From Enoplolaimus lenunculus (lineage: Eukaryota), in the NCBI GenBank assembly GCA_030248215.1, contig JASANG010000641.1, positions 372,001 to 416,630 of the forward strand: DNA of 44,630 nucleotides. The letters run 5' to 3'. Each line of letters opens with the position of its first letter. Position 1 is the first letter of the stretch. The notes below the pieces were generated by a model. It did no database searches, was not told the DNA's origin, and saw only the letters and a program-made list of their open reading frames with translations. Shown piece by piece: positions 14,039-27,493 of the stretch. The position numbers and the translations under genes were made by a program.

Positions 14039-14784
14039 AAAGTTTGCATGACGACAAATGGCATCTTTCAGCCATATCGATCCATCAAAAACCAGGAAAG
14101 CGTAACCATTGAGTTGAACAGATACGGAACAATGCAACTTTATGACAGGTTTTTCCGGTCTGCGTGCAAAATGAAAGTTCACAAACTGACGTCAAATCGT
14201 TTTGAAAAGCTTTAAAATAAACTTTACTGAAGCGGTCAAATGTTCATAAAAAATACAAGGACTAAAACATTTTAATATTGACAATCTCTAACAAAGATTT
14301 TACTGTAAAAGCGGAACCGGATGTCGATTTATCGGCCAGATTTTCGCACGTGCGAACAGAGCCTTTTGGTTTTGGCCATGAAAACTCAAAGTAGATTTAG
14401 AAGCAAATATGATGACAGTGCGTTCAAAATTTCAACAGTACATCAGCCAGATACAAGATCTTTGACTTAAAATCACACTATTAATGTGAATCTGATGTAT
14501 ACATAACATAGGGATTCAATTCATCAGAAGTTACCAAACAAATTCCAATGCAACGGTTTTATATTTATCGTTTATGGAGAAAAACTTAATGTAGATTAAG
14601 CGAACGGCGGCCTGGCTTCGAAAACAGGTCCCATCTCAAGGACGTTCCGTTTTCTAGCACGACTGTAATAGACGATTAGATTAAGATTTTTTGCCTATGC
14701 TTTGGCATAGGAAGAGCACATATTTTTAAGCTTAGACTTTAGGATCAGGTTTAGAAAAATGTTTTATGTAAAATTGCGTGAACA

Positions 14785-14875
14785 CCCCTAAAGGGGTCCC
14801 ACCTAAACGGGTGAAACAAATACCGCCGACGCTTTAAAATGCGTCTGGCTTCTATCTCGCTTCGCTCGCGAGTTT
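14785..14875. repeat. Dispersed repeat, second copy at ~4331-4410
   Basis: Shared gaaacaaa.accgccga.g..tt..aaatgcgtctg ... ttc.ctcgc. Confidence 0.7.
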
Positions 14876-15716
14876 GGGCCCCCGTCCTTAAGTTTGCGGT
14901 AGCCTCTCCGCCTGTCTGCTGCGGCACTGATGAGACTGGAAACTTTCGCGTAGGTTTTTTTTCTCCAATTTGAATATGTAAATCAGTTATGAGTTTGGAT
15001 GCTTGCGTAGCATTAATCGAAATCTGGATGGGTTTCTACGTTCGCAACACCGCTCGCACTGATTTTTCAACATACTAACTGAGCGTCGAGGACCGTATTG
15101 CAAGTATAAAAGATCATTATTAATATCGTATGCTAACTTTATTCGAAATCTATACTTTACAATCCATTTAGTTTCATGCAATATATGTTGTTTTTGGTAT
15201 GTTTGCTAGACCTGATTGACACTAACGTAGAAGTGATACAATGACTCGGTTCTTGAAATTTTTGACGAAAAAAGAAAAATCAATTTTACAAGCCAAATAA
15301 ATTTTCTCGCCGCTGCCCTCGCTTGCAAAAATAACTATTACATGAGGTTACCCGTTCCAACGTGAAATCTTGACTACACCTTTGCTGTTAGGAGCAATTA
15401 AATGATATTATACATCCTCCGCAATAAAATGTGTACAGGGCGCGGAAAATGAAAAATTCATTTACGAACGGTACATTTTGATTAAAATCAATTCCACAAG
15501 TGACACGAATTTTGTTTATCTCATGTAATGAATGTGATCCGAAAATTTACAATCAATATCACATCGCTATATTAGACTATGTTTGACGTTTTCACTGTTG
15601 TACGTTTAATTTTACTCAATTCTCAACTCAATTCTATAAGCGGCGTTTATATATTGCTACTTTTCTGTACTGTTCAAAATTAATAAAATATAAATAAAAT
15701 AGTATATCACTCTCTC

Positions 15717-15869
15717 GGCTCATGTATAGAACAGGGCCGGAACAGTAGAATAAGCATATTCCTAAGCCTACGCCCAAAGCCTAAGCCTAAGCAAAAAATC
15801 GTCTAAAGCTTAAGCTCACTGTATTATACCCCTCCGGAAAACGATCCGGCCCTGTTCTATACATGGGTC
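15717..15869 (+). mobile_element. Family A MITE
   Basis: TIRs ggctcatgtatagaacagggccgga / tccggccctgttctatacatgggtc; TSD actctctc / actcgctc. Confidence 0.9.
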
Positions 15870-16647
15870 ACTCGCTCAATCTAGCAATAATATATCTGCA
15901 ATTAAAATTTATTTCCTTCAATTCGTAATAGAAATACGCTGCTTTGCCAATGCGTTGACAACTGGTTCTGAGTAAACTCGTAGGCATTTGGCAGTCGCTT
16001 GGATTTAAGGTTAAGGTTAACCTTGAATTTAACTTTGCAGTATATATTAAGCATCAAGATGAGGTTCGAGCTAATTTCTACATATGCTTGTCCTCGTATT
16101 TTGTTCTGGTTTGCTTTTAGTCGAGTTATTTTGTAACCTGTGAACAGCGCAGGATAACCGCTTTGGTGCAATTTTGAGGGAAGAAGTGCCGACATTTCGC
16201 GTAAAATATAAACGTAAAAGCAAACGATTTCAACACAGATATTTGCTAAAATTGACAAAATTAAATATCATTTTAACCATCTACGCACCAAATTTAACAT
16301 TATCTCCGGCTACAACTCGGGATCCGGCTCCGGCAAAATTTATTGTCCTCCAGCTCCGGCATTATTCACTTCCGGTTGCACTCTGCTATATATGTAAAAA
16401 AGCTTTGAATTTAGTCGATACGTCATTTGTATGCTGTTTCTTAAATATAGAGGCTTGAGTGCATTTATTTCCTTTGTAGATCTGTCACCACTGGCCTGAG
16501 TCGCATAGGCTTCCCCGGTTTCTTTAACACGGGTTGAATGACTCATTGATACGTTAGCCCAGGTACTGGGGCCCACAAGCGTTGCTTATAACCAATGGTG
16601 TGTTCAGTTTGAAGGGTTATACGTATATTTCTCACGTTCGCTATGTG

Positions 16648-16849
16648 GACCAATGTTACTTTAAGGGGCGTAACAGTAGATTAAGCGTATTACTAAGCCT
16701 AAGCCTAAGCCAAAGCGTTGCAAAAATGTGTTCCTAAGCCTAAGCCTAAGAATAAGCCTAAGCCTAAGCAAAAAATGTAATCTAAAATCTGAACCCACTC
16801 TTTTATAGACCAACCAGAAACCTGGACGTCCCTTAAAGTAACATGGGCC
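16648..16849 (+). mobile_element. Family A MITE (ATGTTACTTTAAGGG subfamily) with perfect 8-bp TSD
   Basis: TSD gctatgtg at 16640-16647 and 16850-16857. Confidence 0.9.
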
Positions 16850-17125
16850 GCTATGTGTGGTTTTTTAGTACTTCCGACTTCCGTGCAATATATGGCATAG
16901 CTTTCATATTATAGTGAATGTGTAGTTTCTGTTGCATATATCGGTATATACGACCTAGCAGTATTTGCGGTCTATGTATCGTCGTAGCCAAGTGGGTAAA
17001 TAGTCAGCCAGTATAGTACAACTGGAACCAAAATAAGAGTTAGCATGGTATGGTGAAATATTTTACGTTTTTACGCTCATTGTTTCAAAAATTTAAAAGT
17101 CATCTTTAATCCGATTTCCGTTTAA

Positions 17126-17319
17126 GGCCCATGTAAAGATCAGGGGCGGAACGTTTTTCTGCGGGATTCCAATAGAGTAAGCTCAAGCATCATGAATCTA
17201 TTTTTTGCTTAGGCTTATACGCTTAGGTGTAACCTCATGGTTACGCTTATACTCAGGCTTTAGCTTACGATTAGGAATATGTTTATATTACTGTTACTGC
17301 TCTGCTCTATACATTGACC
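17126..17319 (-). mobile_element. Family A MITE
   Basis: ggcccatgtaaagatcaggggcggaac ... ctctatacattgacc. Confidence 0.88.
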
Positions 17320-17562
17320 CATAAAACCTGGAATACTGAAAGCTTGTAAGGGTTTGGCGAGGTAAAACCGACTCTTAATATTAATTATTCAAATTGCATA
17401 TCCGTATGCCATTCTGCCACACATTTGGAACGTAATTTTATAGATGTTGATTCAAACAATCGTAGCACTTAAAATATATAAAAAATCAAATCTTAACCAG
17501 ACACTAATGATCGTTATTTAACAGTACTGGTCACCAACACTCCAATGTGGATCGATACTTAA

Positions 17563-17913
17563 GGAATGTGCTGTACACTGCAAAAAAGGTGAGTCAAATT
17601 CGACTCCGCCAGAGTTAAATTCGATTCACTGAGTAGCACGTTTGACTCTGGCGGAATCGAATTTGACTTCATTTGTGTAGTCCTGTACAGCCTATTTCGG
17701 GGAGAGAGAGTCACTTTGACTCACTATTTTTTGCAGTGTACTTTACTGTGACGGACGCAGCCTTATGATGCGTGACTAACAAAATATAGGCAAAATCTTT
17801 TTCGTGGCGTGCGGTGGCGCGTGGCGTCGCGGGCCAATTTGAGTCAAGTTTTAAGGTGTTTCGCGCCATGGCGCGCCGGCATCCGGCGTACCGTGAAATG
17901 TACAGCGCAACCC
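17563..17913. mobile_element. Harbinger/Tourist-like MITE (TAA TSD) interrupted by the CACTG element
   Basis: taa|ggaatgtgctgta[insertion]c ... gtacagcgcaaccc|taa; related to 31149-31333. Confidence 0.7.
17576..17738. mobile_element. CACTG-ended MITE, TA TSD, nested in a Harbinger-like MITE
   Basis: ta|cactgcaaaaaaggtgagtcaaa ... tttgactcactattttttgcagtg|ta. Confidence 0.88.
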
Positions 17914-18738
17914 TAAACGTGAGCCTAAGTCTAAGGTTGAAATACGAAGTGTATAAAGTCCAAGCCGTGAATAGAGACATGCCATGCAGTCTATTTACGC
18001 CTTTTTGGCCGTTCAGTGGAGAAACCACGATTTTTGTGTTGGGAGGACATCTTTTGTGTTGTGAAATTTTGAAGTTTATTCAATCCGCGTTTTAATAGCG
18101 AAATTGTTCACGACTGACATACAACGGGTTTTCAATGACTTACAAGCAAGGTTGAAAATATTCTAGGATGGTCCAAAAATTTTCAAAGGGGCTGAGCCCC
18201 ACTGCCCGCCCAACCCTCTAAAACTACACCCCGACTGTATAGCCCCGGAACCTTATGGCCGTGGACCCGGGACACATTTAGTTCAAAGCATAACCTTTTC
18301 TCAGAAGCCATCTCTTTTTACAATTATACAGCTTCGTCAGCGCAAATTATTTGGACTGCATGGACGATTATATCGATAACCTCATTATGTATATCAACCG
18401 TATATATGTCCCCTATTATATTCATCAACTGTTGATATTCGTATTTTTGGCTTACAAGGCATTCAAACATAGCTAAAACAAGCGTGTAACATCTGTAGGG
18501 GCACTGAAGGTATAATATGTCCAAAACCCTATGGAAACCACCACATTGTATATATGTATATATACGAGACAGGGTTGGTTGTTTACTCAGATAAGCGATT
18601 GGTTATATACCCTGCTCAATATTGCTTTGTTTTGTTATTTTTGAAACGGCCTTGAGACTGTCTCTTTTTAACAAGAAGTAATATTTTCGGGGGTTTATAT
18701 TATACAATGTATTTTATTTAATAAATGTTTCGGTTTAG

Positions 18739-18901
18739 CAGGCCCGCAGCCAAGGGGTGGCTCAGCCCCCCCTTGGTAAAATTTTTGGCCCCTCCTAGAA
18801 GATTTTTAACCTTGCTTGTTTGTCACTGAAAACCTTTAAATGCCCCTCTTCAAAATTTTTTAGCCCCCCCCCCCCAGCAAGGTTGGCTGGTTACAGGTGT
18901 G
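18739..18901. mobile_element. GC-rich hAT-like MITE (CAGGCCCGTAGCC TIR)
   Basis: 8-bp TSD cggtttag / tggtttag; further copies at approximately 7552-7704, 9358-9512, 18120-18235, 19087-19245, 23898-24051, 25387-25542, 25716-25877 and 30616-30746. Confidence 0.8.
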
Positions 18902-19860
18902 TGGTTTAGTAAAAGTTTTTGTATTCGGCGGAAATTTGCTTAGCATTTGGTGTATCACAGATTCAAGCTGAGCTTAGTTTAATGGAATAAAGGCCCCCAA
19001 TTTTGATTACCAGAGTGGCATTCCCCCGAAAAACGCTAGTCCTACTTTTGACATACCTGTCTTAGGGAACCGTAATTTGCACGTGCTCGTAACCAGCGGG
19101 GCGCGGGTGGTCGGACCAACCTTGGAACAATTTTGCCCCATCTAGAAAATTTACAACCTTGCATGTAGATGTCATTGAATATCTTTGTATGCCCCTCCTT
19201 AAAAATATTTAGCTCCCCCTAGAAAGGTAAGATGGCTACTGGCCTGAGCCCATACTTGGAGTTGTATTTTAAAACGCTCAATTTCATTATTGCAGAGTGT
19301 GTGTGCAAACTTAGCTTAAAGTACAATGGTATTAAGACCTAATTAACAGTTAGCAAGCGAGGTATAGCGCAGTGAAATAGTAGATTGTGTACGATAGCGA
19401 AAGTTCGCCGCGGAAGTGGTGGTCCCGATTGGGACCTTGGGTTGTTTAAAAACTCCATCCTGAATTTATCTCATAGTTCAAGCTAAACAACTATTAAACG
19501 TTTACGGGTGATTTATTCAAATAAGGTTTTTCCTGGTGAGTCTATTTCAAGAGGTGCGTTATTTGAATATACTCGATACTATAAAAGAACGTTTGCATTA
19601 TGAAAAATTAATGATGGCTGAGAATAAGAGTTTGTAACTCGCTGCCAGATCTAAGGGGGGTCCTTGAGCCCTTTAAAATTAATATTTTAAGGTTCAATAT
19701 AATTAATATTTTCAGCAATAGGAACCGACGCCACATGCCCAGTATGTGTTCTTTGGCATTAAAGTGGCAGCTTTCGGTTAATAGCAAAGTCGCCTTCAAA
19801 CCGATTTTTCTCAACGTGATGTTAATGGATTTTTTAAACTTTTATCTAAATTAATAGTAA

Positions 19861-20067
19861 CTAGTCCGCCGGTTTTGCACAGTGCGCAAAAGTTAGTAAA
19901 CGCATAAAACATCTTCATGCAGATTTTCATTTCATAGAACAATCACGTTTAATATGTTTTAAGAATTCATCGTGTCACTGTATTTCCTATGAAATTATTG
20001 TAAACAAAGTAATGCTGGAAAGTTGCCCAAAATACGTATGTGGAGCGCTCCAGTTTTAATATATAGA
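19861..20067 (-). mobile_element. Non-autonomous Helitron
   Basis: On the - strand: A|TCtatatatt 5' end, 3' hairpin ttttgcgcactgtgcaaaa, then CTAG|T; no TSD. Confidence 0.82.
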
Positions 20068-20525
20068 TTTTGCATCATTGTTAGCTTGAAAAGTTACACA
20101 ATCGCATCGTTTTGTCTTTGAGTTTGGAGCATGAGGCCTTCGCAATGATAAAATCAAACGTCTGCTGAGTATACACACCAGGGATATACGGTTCATATCA
20201 TTCCTTAATGTTTCGTGCCAGTCTGTCTAGGTTCCTATCAACAATTCTAAACTTAATATTGTTTTGTCTGGTTTAGGCAAACAATATACAGATATAGTAT
20301 CTGTTTATATATTAATATATTTGACTATACGTGTATAAATTTTGTCTCTTGAACCCGTAGCTTGATTGAAGCCGATGAAGCTCGGATACCTTCTTAAATG
20401 TTTGATACCCCTGGCCCTAAATATTATGTTTCGCCTCGCTTGTATGTCATCCTAAATCCCCGCGTTGCCACTACTCCTGAAATATACTTGTATTACACCT
20501 CGTAGCATGTTCAGCTGGTTATGAG

Positions 20526-20694
20526 CGGACCCGTAGCCAAAGAGACCTAACGGAGACTCAGCCCCCCCCCTGGAAGAATTGTGCCCCTCTAGTAGAAAAT
20601 TTGCAACCTTGAATGTAAAGTCATTGCCAACCCTGTAGTGCCCCTCCTAAAAACGTTTAGCCCCCCGTAGTAAGGTGAGCTGGCTACGGGCCTG
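20526..20694. mobile_element. GC-rich hAT-like MITE (CAGGCCCGTAGCC family)
   Basis: cggacccgtagcca ... tggctacgggcctg. Confidence 0.82.
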
Positions 20695-21817
20695 GTTACT
20701 GGTATGCTGCCCGGTTTCTAGTTTATTCGACCTAACGAACCAACTTTTCGTTACCACAGCTGCCAAAGGATATATTAATTTCGGGTGTCCGGTAAATATA
20801 AGGATGCTAAAATTTCAAGTCATCAAAACTTGTTCACTTCCCTCATACTGGTGTCAAATTTGATAGCACACAGCCGACAGACGTTCTGTTTCTCATCACA
20901 TTACTGTATATTTAATACTAAACCTATAAGCGAAATCTAAGAGCAGGTAAATCAAAGTAAAATCCTAAACATTCCTCTAAGCCTAAGCTTAAACATACGC
21001 TTATTTCATGTTTTCACTGATTATGCGGGCACTTTTGTGATAGGAAAGTAAACACAGACCAAGTTATCATTAATGATGAAGGAACCAGCGTAGATTTATC
21101 ATGATGTGGTTAAACGGTAAATTGGAAGCGTCGAAAATAGAAATTGGTAATGTAACAGTTTTTAAATATGAAATTAGGTTCAAATTTTGACACGAATACG
21201 TCCTTTTATAAACTGCACCTCCCGCGCTGGACCTATCTTGGGGCAGAGGCGGGTCAAACATTTTTTGAAAGGGAGGGGCAAGCTGGCAAATGTTATGAAA
21301 CGGCACCTTGAGGTAAAACAATTCTTATCCGGTTGATACTTCTGGTTTTGTGGGGAAACTTTTAACCGGCGGACCCATCCAAACTAAAATTTAGGCTATG
21401 CACTCGTGTATTTTGAAGATAAATGTAAAAGTTTGAAAAAATTTGAAAATTCGAAACGAAGAGTATTAAGTTGATGACAAAAGCCCGGGGAGCTGAATAA
21501 TAAACCGGACATTACCGGATATAGATTTTTTCGATCAAAACTCGTCCACATACTGAAGTTTTATAGAATTGTCCAAGCAGTGAGTATCCAGGTTTTTTCG
21601 TTGCTTTAATAGTTCCAAGTGACGTCACCGAGTAATTTTTAAGGGGACTATTATCACCCGCGTTCTCCCATTTCGACTCGAACCACCTAAGAGCAAATTT
21701 GGGTTATTAGAAATATGTCATATTGTTCAGCTTGAAATTTAGATATGTTTCTAAGCAGTTTTTGGTCAAATTTGGTGACATTTTTCGTTTTTTATTACTT
21801 CTGTTACAATTGCGTTT

Positions 21818-22024
21818 AGCCCATGTCAATATCAGGTTTCGGCACGGTTTTTTGAGAGATTGCCGAAAAGTAAGCTTAAGCTTTAGATTTATTTTTGGCT
21901 TAGATAAGCTTAGGCTTAGGCATATGTATAAACTCTATCTACGCTTAGGTTTAGACTGAGGTTTAGGTTTAGGCGTAGGCATAGGAATATGCTTATACAA
22001 CTGCTCCAGCCATGTTCTATGGCC
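21818..22024 (-). mobile_element. Family A MITE (diverged)
   Basis: agcccatgtcaatatcagg start, TTAGGC/TTAGGT core, flanks ttgcgttt / tcgcgttt. Confidence 0.8.
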
Positions 22025-22512
22025 ATCGCGTTTGTTATTATTGGACTTCGTGACTGTTTCCCATGTTTTTATTTTGCCAAAGAACCTTTGGCTATACAAC
22101 TTTACGTACCGTTATAACAGGTCAGCTTGCGGAAATTTATGATAAACTTTCTTCATTGGGGCCTGTCTGAATTCCGTGCCTTCTTTCGCCCGGTGCCAGG
22201 ATTTCGAACTAAACAATAACGCCGCTGGGCCCTGTACTGTTGGGCCGCAACAAATCCAGACCAGTTCTGTTTATCCCAAATTGTTTTAACGGCTGAGGCT
22301 CCAAAAAGAAATAATTCCATTCATATTTTTTTCATAAAAAATTTCGTTTGTGAAATTGGTAAATGGTAAATTAACACTTCTCGCTGTTCCAAATTTCCTG
22401 ACAATTTCATTTACGGCTGCCAAAGCCTTAATCCAGGACATGTTTTACCTCACTCCAAACAAAAACGTAAAAGTTTATTTCATTTTCAAATTCATTAATG
22501 TGTTGTGGTGGG

Positions 22513-22885
22513 CAGGGTGCAATAGGAATTACAATTTACCGGAACCGGAATTTGAAAATTTTAACGGAACCGGAAAGTGAAAAATGCATTTCACCAAAAA
22601 TTTCATTTTCATCTTATTTTTTGCTCTATTACTTGTGAAATAACCTTAGTCGAACATAGGTATTTATTTTATTTGTTGTATTTTAGATTTTCGTCGTCGA
22701 CTGAAGTGAAATCCAACATCAATTTCTTATATACGGAGTACAAGTGGCTTTCAAAAGAGATTCTTAAAAATTAGCAAAGTTAAGAAAACGGACAAATTTT
22801 AACACCGGAATTTTTAAATCCGGTAAAAATTTACCGGAACCGGAAGGTGAAAAAATGCCGGAATCGGAATTCCGGTTGCACCCTG
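22513..22885. mobile_element. hAT-like MITE (CAGGGTGCAA TIR, ACCGGA repeats)
   Basis: cagggtgcaa ... ttgcaccctg; 8-bp TSD gtggtggg / gttgtggg. Confidence 0.85.
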
Positions 22886-24231
22886 GTTGTGGGGAACTGT
22901 TTATTCCTAGTGACAGTGTCGGAGCAGGCTAGGGCCCTCCCAAAATTGCAAAAATTGCATGGTGAGAGCCCCCTTGCGATGATCAAAATATTTTTCAATT
23001 TTTTTTTTGTTTAAAATCTTCTTAGGATGGGAACCGCTCTTTGGGGGATTATAATTAACCATTTGTAGACTTAAATTCAAAATCTAAGTAATCCTAATTT
23101 TGTAACTCGACAACAATCCCGTAGCCTGCTCACCTTGCTCGGGGGGCTGTAAATTTTTACAAGTATATAAGAGTTTGCGATGCTTTACAAGCAAGCTTGA
23201 AACGTATTTTGGTGGCTACTAAATTTTTCCCGGGTCACTGAGCCACACGCCTGGACCCTATCTGGCTATGCGGCCGCTCAACAGTTAGTATGAATGAACG
23301 CTCGTAAAGTGAGTAACAGAACACGCAACGTGCAGAAATATTCACAGTGTCGCACTTGCAATATTACGTTTTTATTGTTCAGTTTAAATTTTAAATTTTT
23401 TCATTGTATTGTATTGTATTTGTTGTTTACGTATTCTCAAACTCGAGTGATATATTACTCGACTTGTTGTTTATTGCCAAACGTCGGTGTATATCCATCA
23501 GCAGGAGTATATACAACAGGAGGAATAAAACGGATATATCCTCTATCGACAGGGCCGGAGCAGCCACCCCCCTAAACCTCATTTGGGGGGGCGTCTTGGA
23601 GTTGGGGAAGCCGCGATTCCTGTCTCCTCCGGCACTTCCCCTATAGAAATTTCGGGAGTGACAGCAATAAGCATTATTAGAAGAACCTTATGGATTCTAG
23701 AGGTGTAAACAAATTTCTTACAAATAAGATTATACCAAACTAAAATTCTGATTGCAGGCAATCCTGATGTTCATTGCATAAAAGACCGGGGAGCGGGAAT
23801 GGATCTAAGGACGGCTTCTTGCAGGGGCATAGACAAGATTTCGTTTCAGAATTGTACATTATTTAGAAGAAAATTTTTAACCATTGGAAGAGACGGATGT
23901 GTAGCGTAGGGGGGCAGGAGGGTGGACTAAGCCCCCTGGAAAATTTTGGCCCCCTAGAACATTTTGATCGTGCTTGTAAATCAGCGAAACCCTTATATGC
24001 CGATGCTGGAAATTTTTTAGCCCCTAACAAGGTAAGCTGGCTAATGGCCTGGAAGGAACCAGACGAAAAGGATATTTTTCAGGACCGTTAAAAATTCTTT
24101 TGCTTGTTTCTGTAGAAATTTAGAGAGAGGTATAGACCCTATATCTCCATAGTTGTATACACCCCTGGTTTCTAGGATTTAGACCTAAATTTTTCATTTG
24201 ATATTTTCAGCATTACACTTGCATTCCTCAC

Positions 24232-24575
24232 CAGGGATGAGAGTCTCAATCTCGGCACGTCTCGGTGTTTGACAGGTCTCTGTCTCGGTTTTTAGGGTCG
24301 TTGGTTTGGAACCGAGACCAGAAGTCGAGAATTCACAAAATGTATCGCGGTATTGTTCAAGTAAGTGATGCTTGATAAACAAAAATTCGCTATGAATCAA
24401 TGAATTTTCATGGTTACGAAATAATTGTGAGCAGAGATTCTGAAAAAACATAAAAAACTGTGAAAAACACAAAAAAAATATTTTTTCCGGTGATGAACAA
24501 AAATTGACCGAGACCGAGACATCATGGCCGTTCTCGCTCTCCTTCTCGGTTTTTAACCAAGATCGCTCATCCCTG
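24232..24575 (+). mobile_element. hAT-like MITE (CAGGGATGAG TIR, GAGACC repeats)
   Basis: cagggatgag ... ctcatccctg; flanks ttcctcac / ttctttac. Confidence 0.82.
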
Positions 24576-24642
24576 TTCTTTACGAGCCCGCGCTGCGCAA
24601 ACTTTCACAGTCGAGATGCACGAGCATACGGGCCAGTAACGA

Positions 24643-24991
24643 AAGATGGGTGGTCTAAATCTTGGTCTCGGCCTATTTATGGTTGTCACCGAACAAAATT
24701 AAAACTTTCAATATAAATTGTTTATAATGTTGCTTTTTCGTAGTTTTTTGTGTTTTTCATGTTTTTTTTTCGTATTTTTTTCACAGTGTCTGTTCGAAAT
24801 TTTATTGCGTAACTATGGTATTTCTTATAGGCACAGAGAAAATTTATAAACGAATTATCACTTACTTCAACAGTTGCAGCCATACATTTGCTAAATGTTC
24901 GACATCTGGTTTCGTTTTCAAACCACCGAGACTCAAAAAATCCAAGACAGAGACATACCAAATGCCAAGACTTGTGGAGACCGAGTCTCCC
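24643..24991 (-). mobile_element. Second, diverged copy of the CAGGGATGAG MITE in inverted orientation
   Basis: Reverse complement aligns with 24232-24575 (gtctctgtct..., aagtaagtgat). Confidence 0.75.
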
Positions 24992-26327
24992 AAAGGCTTA
25001 GGGTCGGGCTTCAATATATAGGCTTTGGTTTAAAACAGCCTTATGCATTAGCGTAGGCAAACCTTGCTATTAGGTCTAAACCTAAGCCTAGCTTAAGCGT
25101 AAATGTGGAGAAAGTGTGGAAGAGGCGTAAATTATCTGATATTTTCGAATCGATGTTTGAAATTTCTGGAATATACATATATCTAAACTCATACTCTTGA
25201 CATCTGAAGTTATTGTGCGTATTATTATTTTTTTTAAAAATATTCTAAAATGCTGTATGCATCGCTTTGTTTGGCAAAAATATTAAAAATTTCAAAGTCT
25301 TAGGTTTCTTTTCAAAAGAAAATTGCTCAACGACCACAGATTAAGATATATATTTCAAAATGTCAACAAGACAGGTAGAGCTGCATACGGGCCCTTAGCC
25401 AACGGGGGCCAAGGGGGCTCAGCCCACCGTACAAAAACTTTGATCCATCTTAGACAATTTTCAACGTTTCTCGCAAATCATTGCAAACGGTTGTAGGAAA
25501 AGTTTTTAACCTCCCTACCTAAGTGAGCTGGCTATGGGACTGGCTATACAGTGTAAAATTCTACAAAATACCTTGATTCATTTCACGTATGCGGTATAAG
25601 TCCCATCTGTTTGAGGTTTAGCTTTGAAATGTCAAATAAATTTGTATTTTATATTAAAATTTGTTGATACTGTTAATATTGTTGTGTAGGTGTTCTAAAT
25701 ATCATGTGTATACAAAGCCGTAGCCAAGTCACCTTGCTAGAATTGGCTGCAACAATTTTTAGAACGGGACATACAAGAGTTTGCGAGATTTACCAGCGTG
25801 TTTGCAGCGTTTCTATGGCCCCAATATGGTTCCACGGATGCTCTGTTCCCCCTGGCCTACAGCTGCCTACGGGACCGTGTATATATAGGGTGCAACTTTG
25901 TTCACTCATTGCTGTAAGATTCTTTATCGTACTCAGGATTTCTGTGCACACAATACCCTATAAATTTTTTTAGCCATTGCTCACTCTCGCCCCTCCTCTC
26001 GTGAAAAAGGTTTATCCCCCCCTAACAAGGTGAGTCGGCTACGAGTCTGCCATTCAAAATTGGTTTGCCCACTAGTCAATTGAACTGGCAACCGAACAAC
26101 TGTCTATTAACCAGATGAACTTTACAAAAACCGTTTTGGTAGCTATGGTTCCCGTAGCCTGTCTCCGGCTGTGCCCTTGTGTTAAAGTTGGTTCGATTAT
26201 TTGTTCAATGCGTTGGAAGCTTATTTTTACATATACTAAAACTACTGAATCACAGCCTTAAATAACGATTAAAGCGATTCAATTATGCAGTTTTGCATTA
26301 CACCACCGAAAGTTGCTACAATGCAAG

Positions 26328-26328
<1 letters not shown>

Positions 26329-26402
<74 letters not shown>

Positions 26403-26445
26403 ATATATATTATATATATGTATAATATATAAATATATATATAAT
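26329..26445. repeat. (TA)n microsatellite
   Basis: ~60 bp of perfect TA followed by degenerate TA. Confidence 0.97.
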
Positions 26446-27291
26446 AGTATAGTGCAACTTGTTAGGCAAAATGATATATTCCGTTGTTTTGTGAAATATA
26501 AGCGCAATGCTCACAAACATTTAGCACAACCAGAATTAGCTATCATCGTTGCTTTTGGCACAACAAAAAATTTCGCGTCAAGGCAAAGCCATCTCAATAT
26601 GCTTGTGGGGGGATGCAAATAAATTTAAGGATATACATACATGAATTTCACTAGACTTACAACCGGTGTTAAGACCTTTCGAGGTGGGGGCAAGTTTTAT
26701 TAAAAGGCTGAGATCTCGTGTCGTCTCTATGGCTGCAAACCTGGGCGTTTAGATAATATAGAGTAGGAATATATATGGATAAGATATATGTATTCATATA
26801 TGTATATATTTATTTATTTATATATATACGTACATATATCAATATATTTGATATTTTACTCCAAAATTCATAAATAGAACTCATTTCCAGAGTTTTACAT
26901 ATTGGTTGTTTTGCATGAATTTGAAAAGCTCAATGGAATTTCGAGGAACTTCGTGCTCAGCAGCGTATACATGGAGTGGTATGGGGACATATCTCTGCGC
27001 CCCAAATCCCTAGAGAAACCACCAATCCCGCTTTAAGGGGCTTTGCAATATCCAGCTGAACCCTGAAGGTCTTATAAAGTTAGGGTCTATTCTAAATTGA
27101 ACCCTAGTTGGCTATATGCACCTGTTCGTTGCTTTTTGATTTGATTTCAAACTTGGGATAAGTTGCTTTACATTTCGTTACCCAGTTTTTTCATTTAAAC
27201 TCAAAATTTTTGAAATTTTATATTTTTGGAATTTTAATAAAAATATTTTTAAAAGATGAACCAGTATAATCTTAAACCATCTGTTTGAACC

Positions 27292-27320
27292 ATAATAATA
27301 ATAATAATAATAATAATAAT
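27292..27320. repeat. (TAA)n microsatellite (mirror ~43923-43951)
   Basis: Direct reading. Confidence 0.9.
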
Positions 27321-27493
27321 TTGTATTTCAACTGTAGAGGAACATTGAACTTAAGGTTTGAGTTTCTGTTTTATATTTGATTAATCAGACGATGGCATTG
27401 CTCAGTTTGGTTATCTCTCCTGGTTTGCTAAATTTAGTTTTAAGAATTTGCTGTTGTTAAATATTACAACCACTTTATACTGTTCCATAATAT

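Noticed and set aside
16978..17030. tRNA gene (A-box-like gtagccaagtgg; also ~19360)
   Set aside because: No B-box or cloverleaf pairing found
26293..26622. YIYIYI ORFs
   Set aside because: Translation of a (TA)n microsatellite
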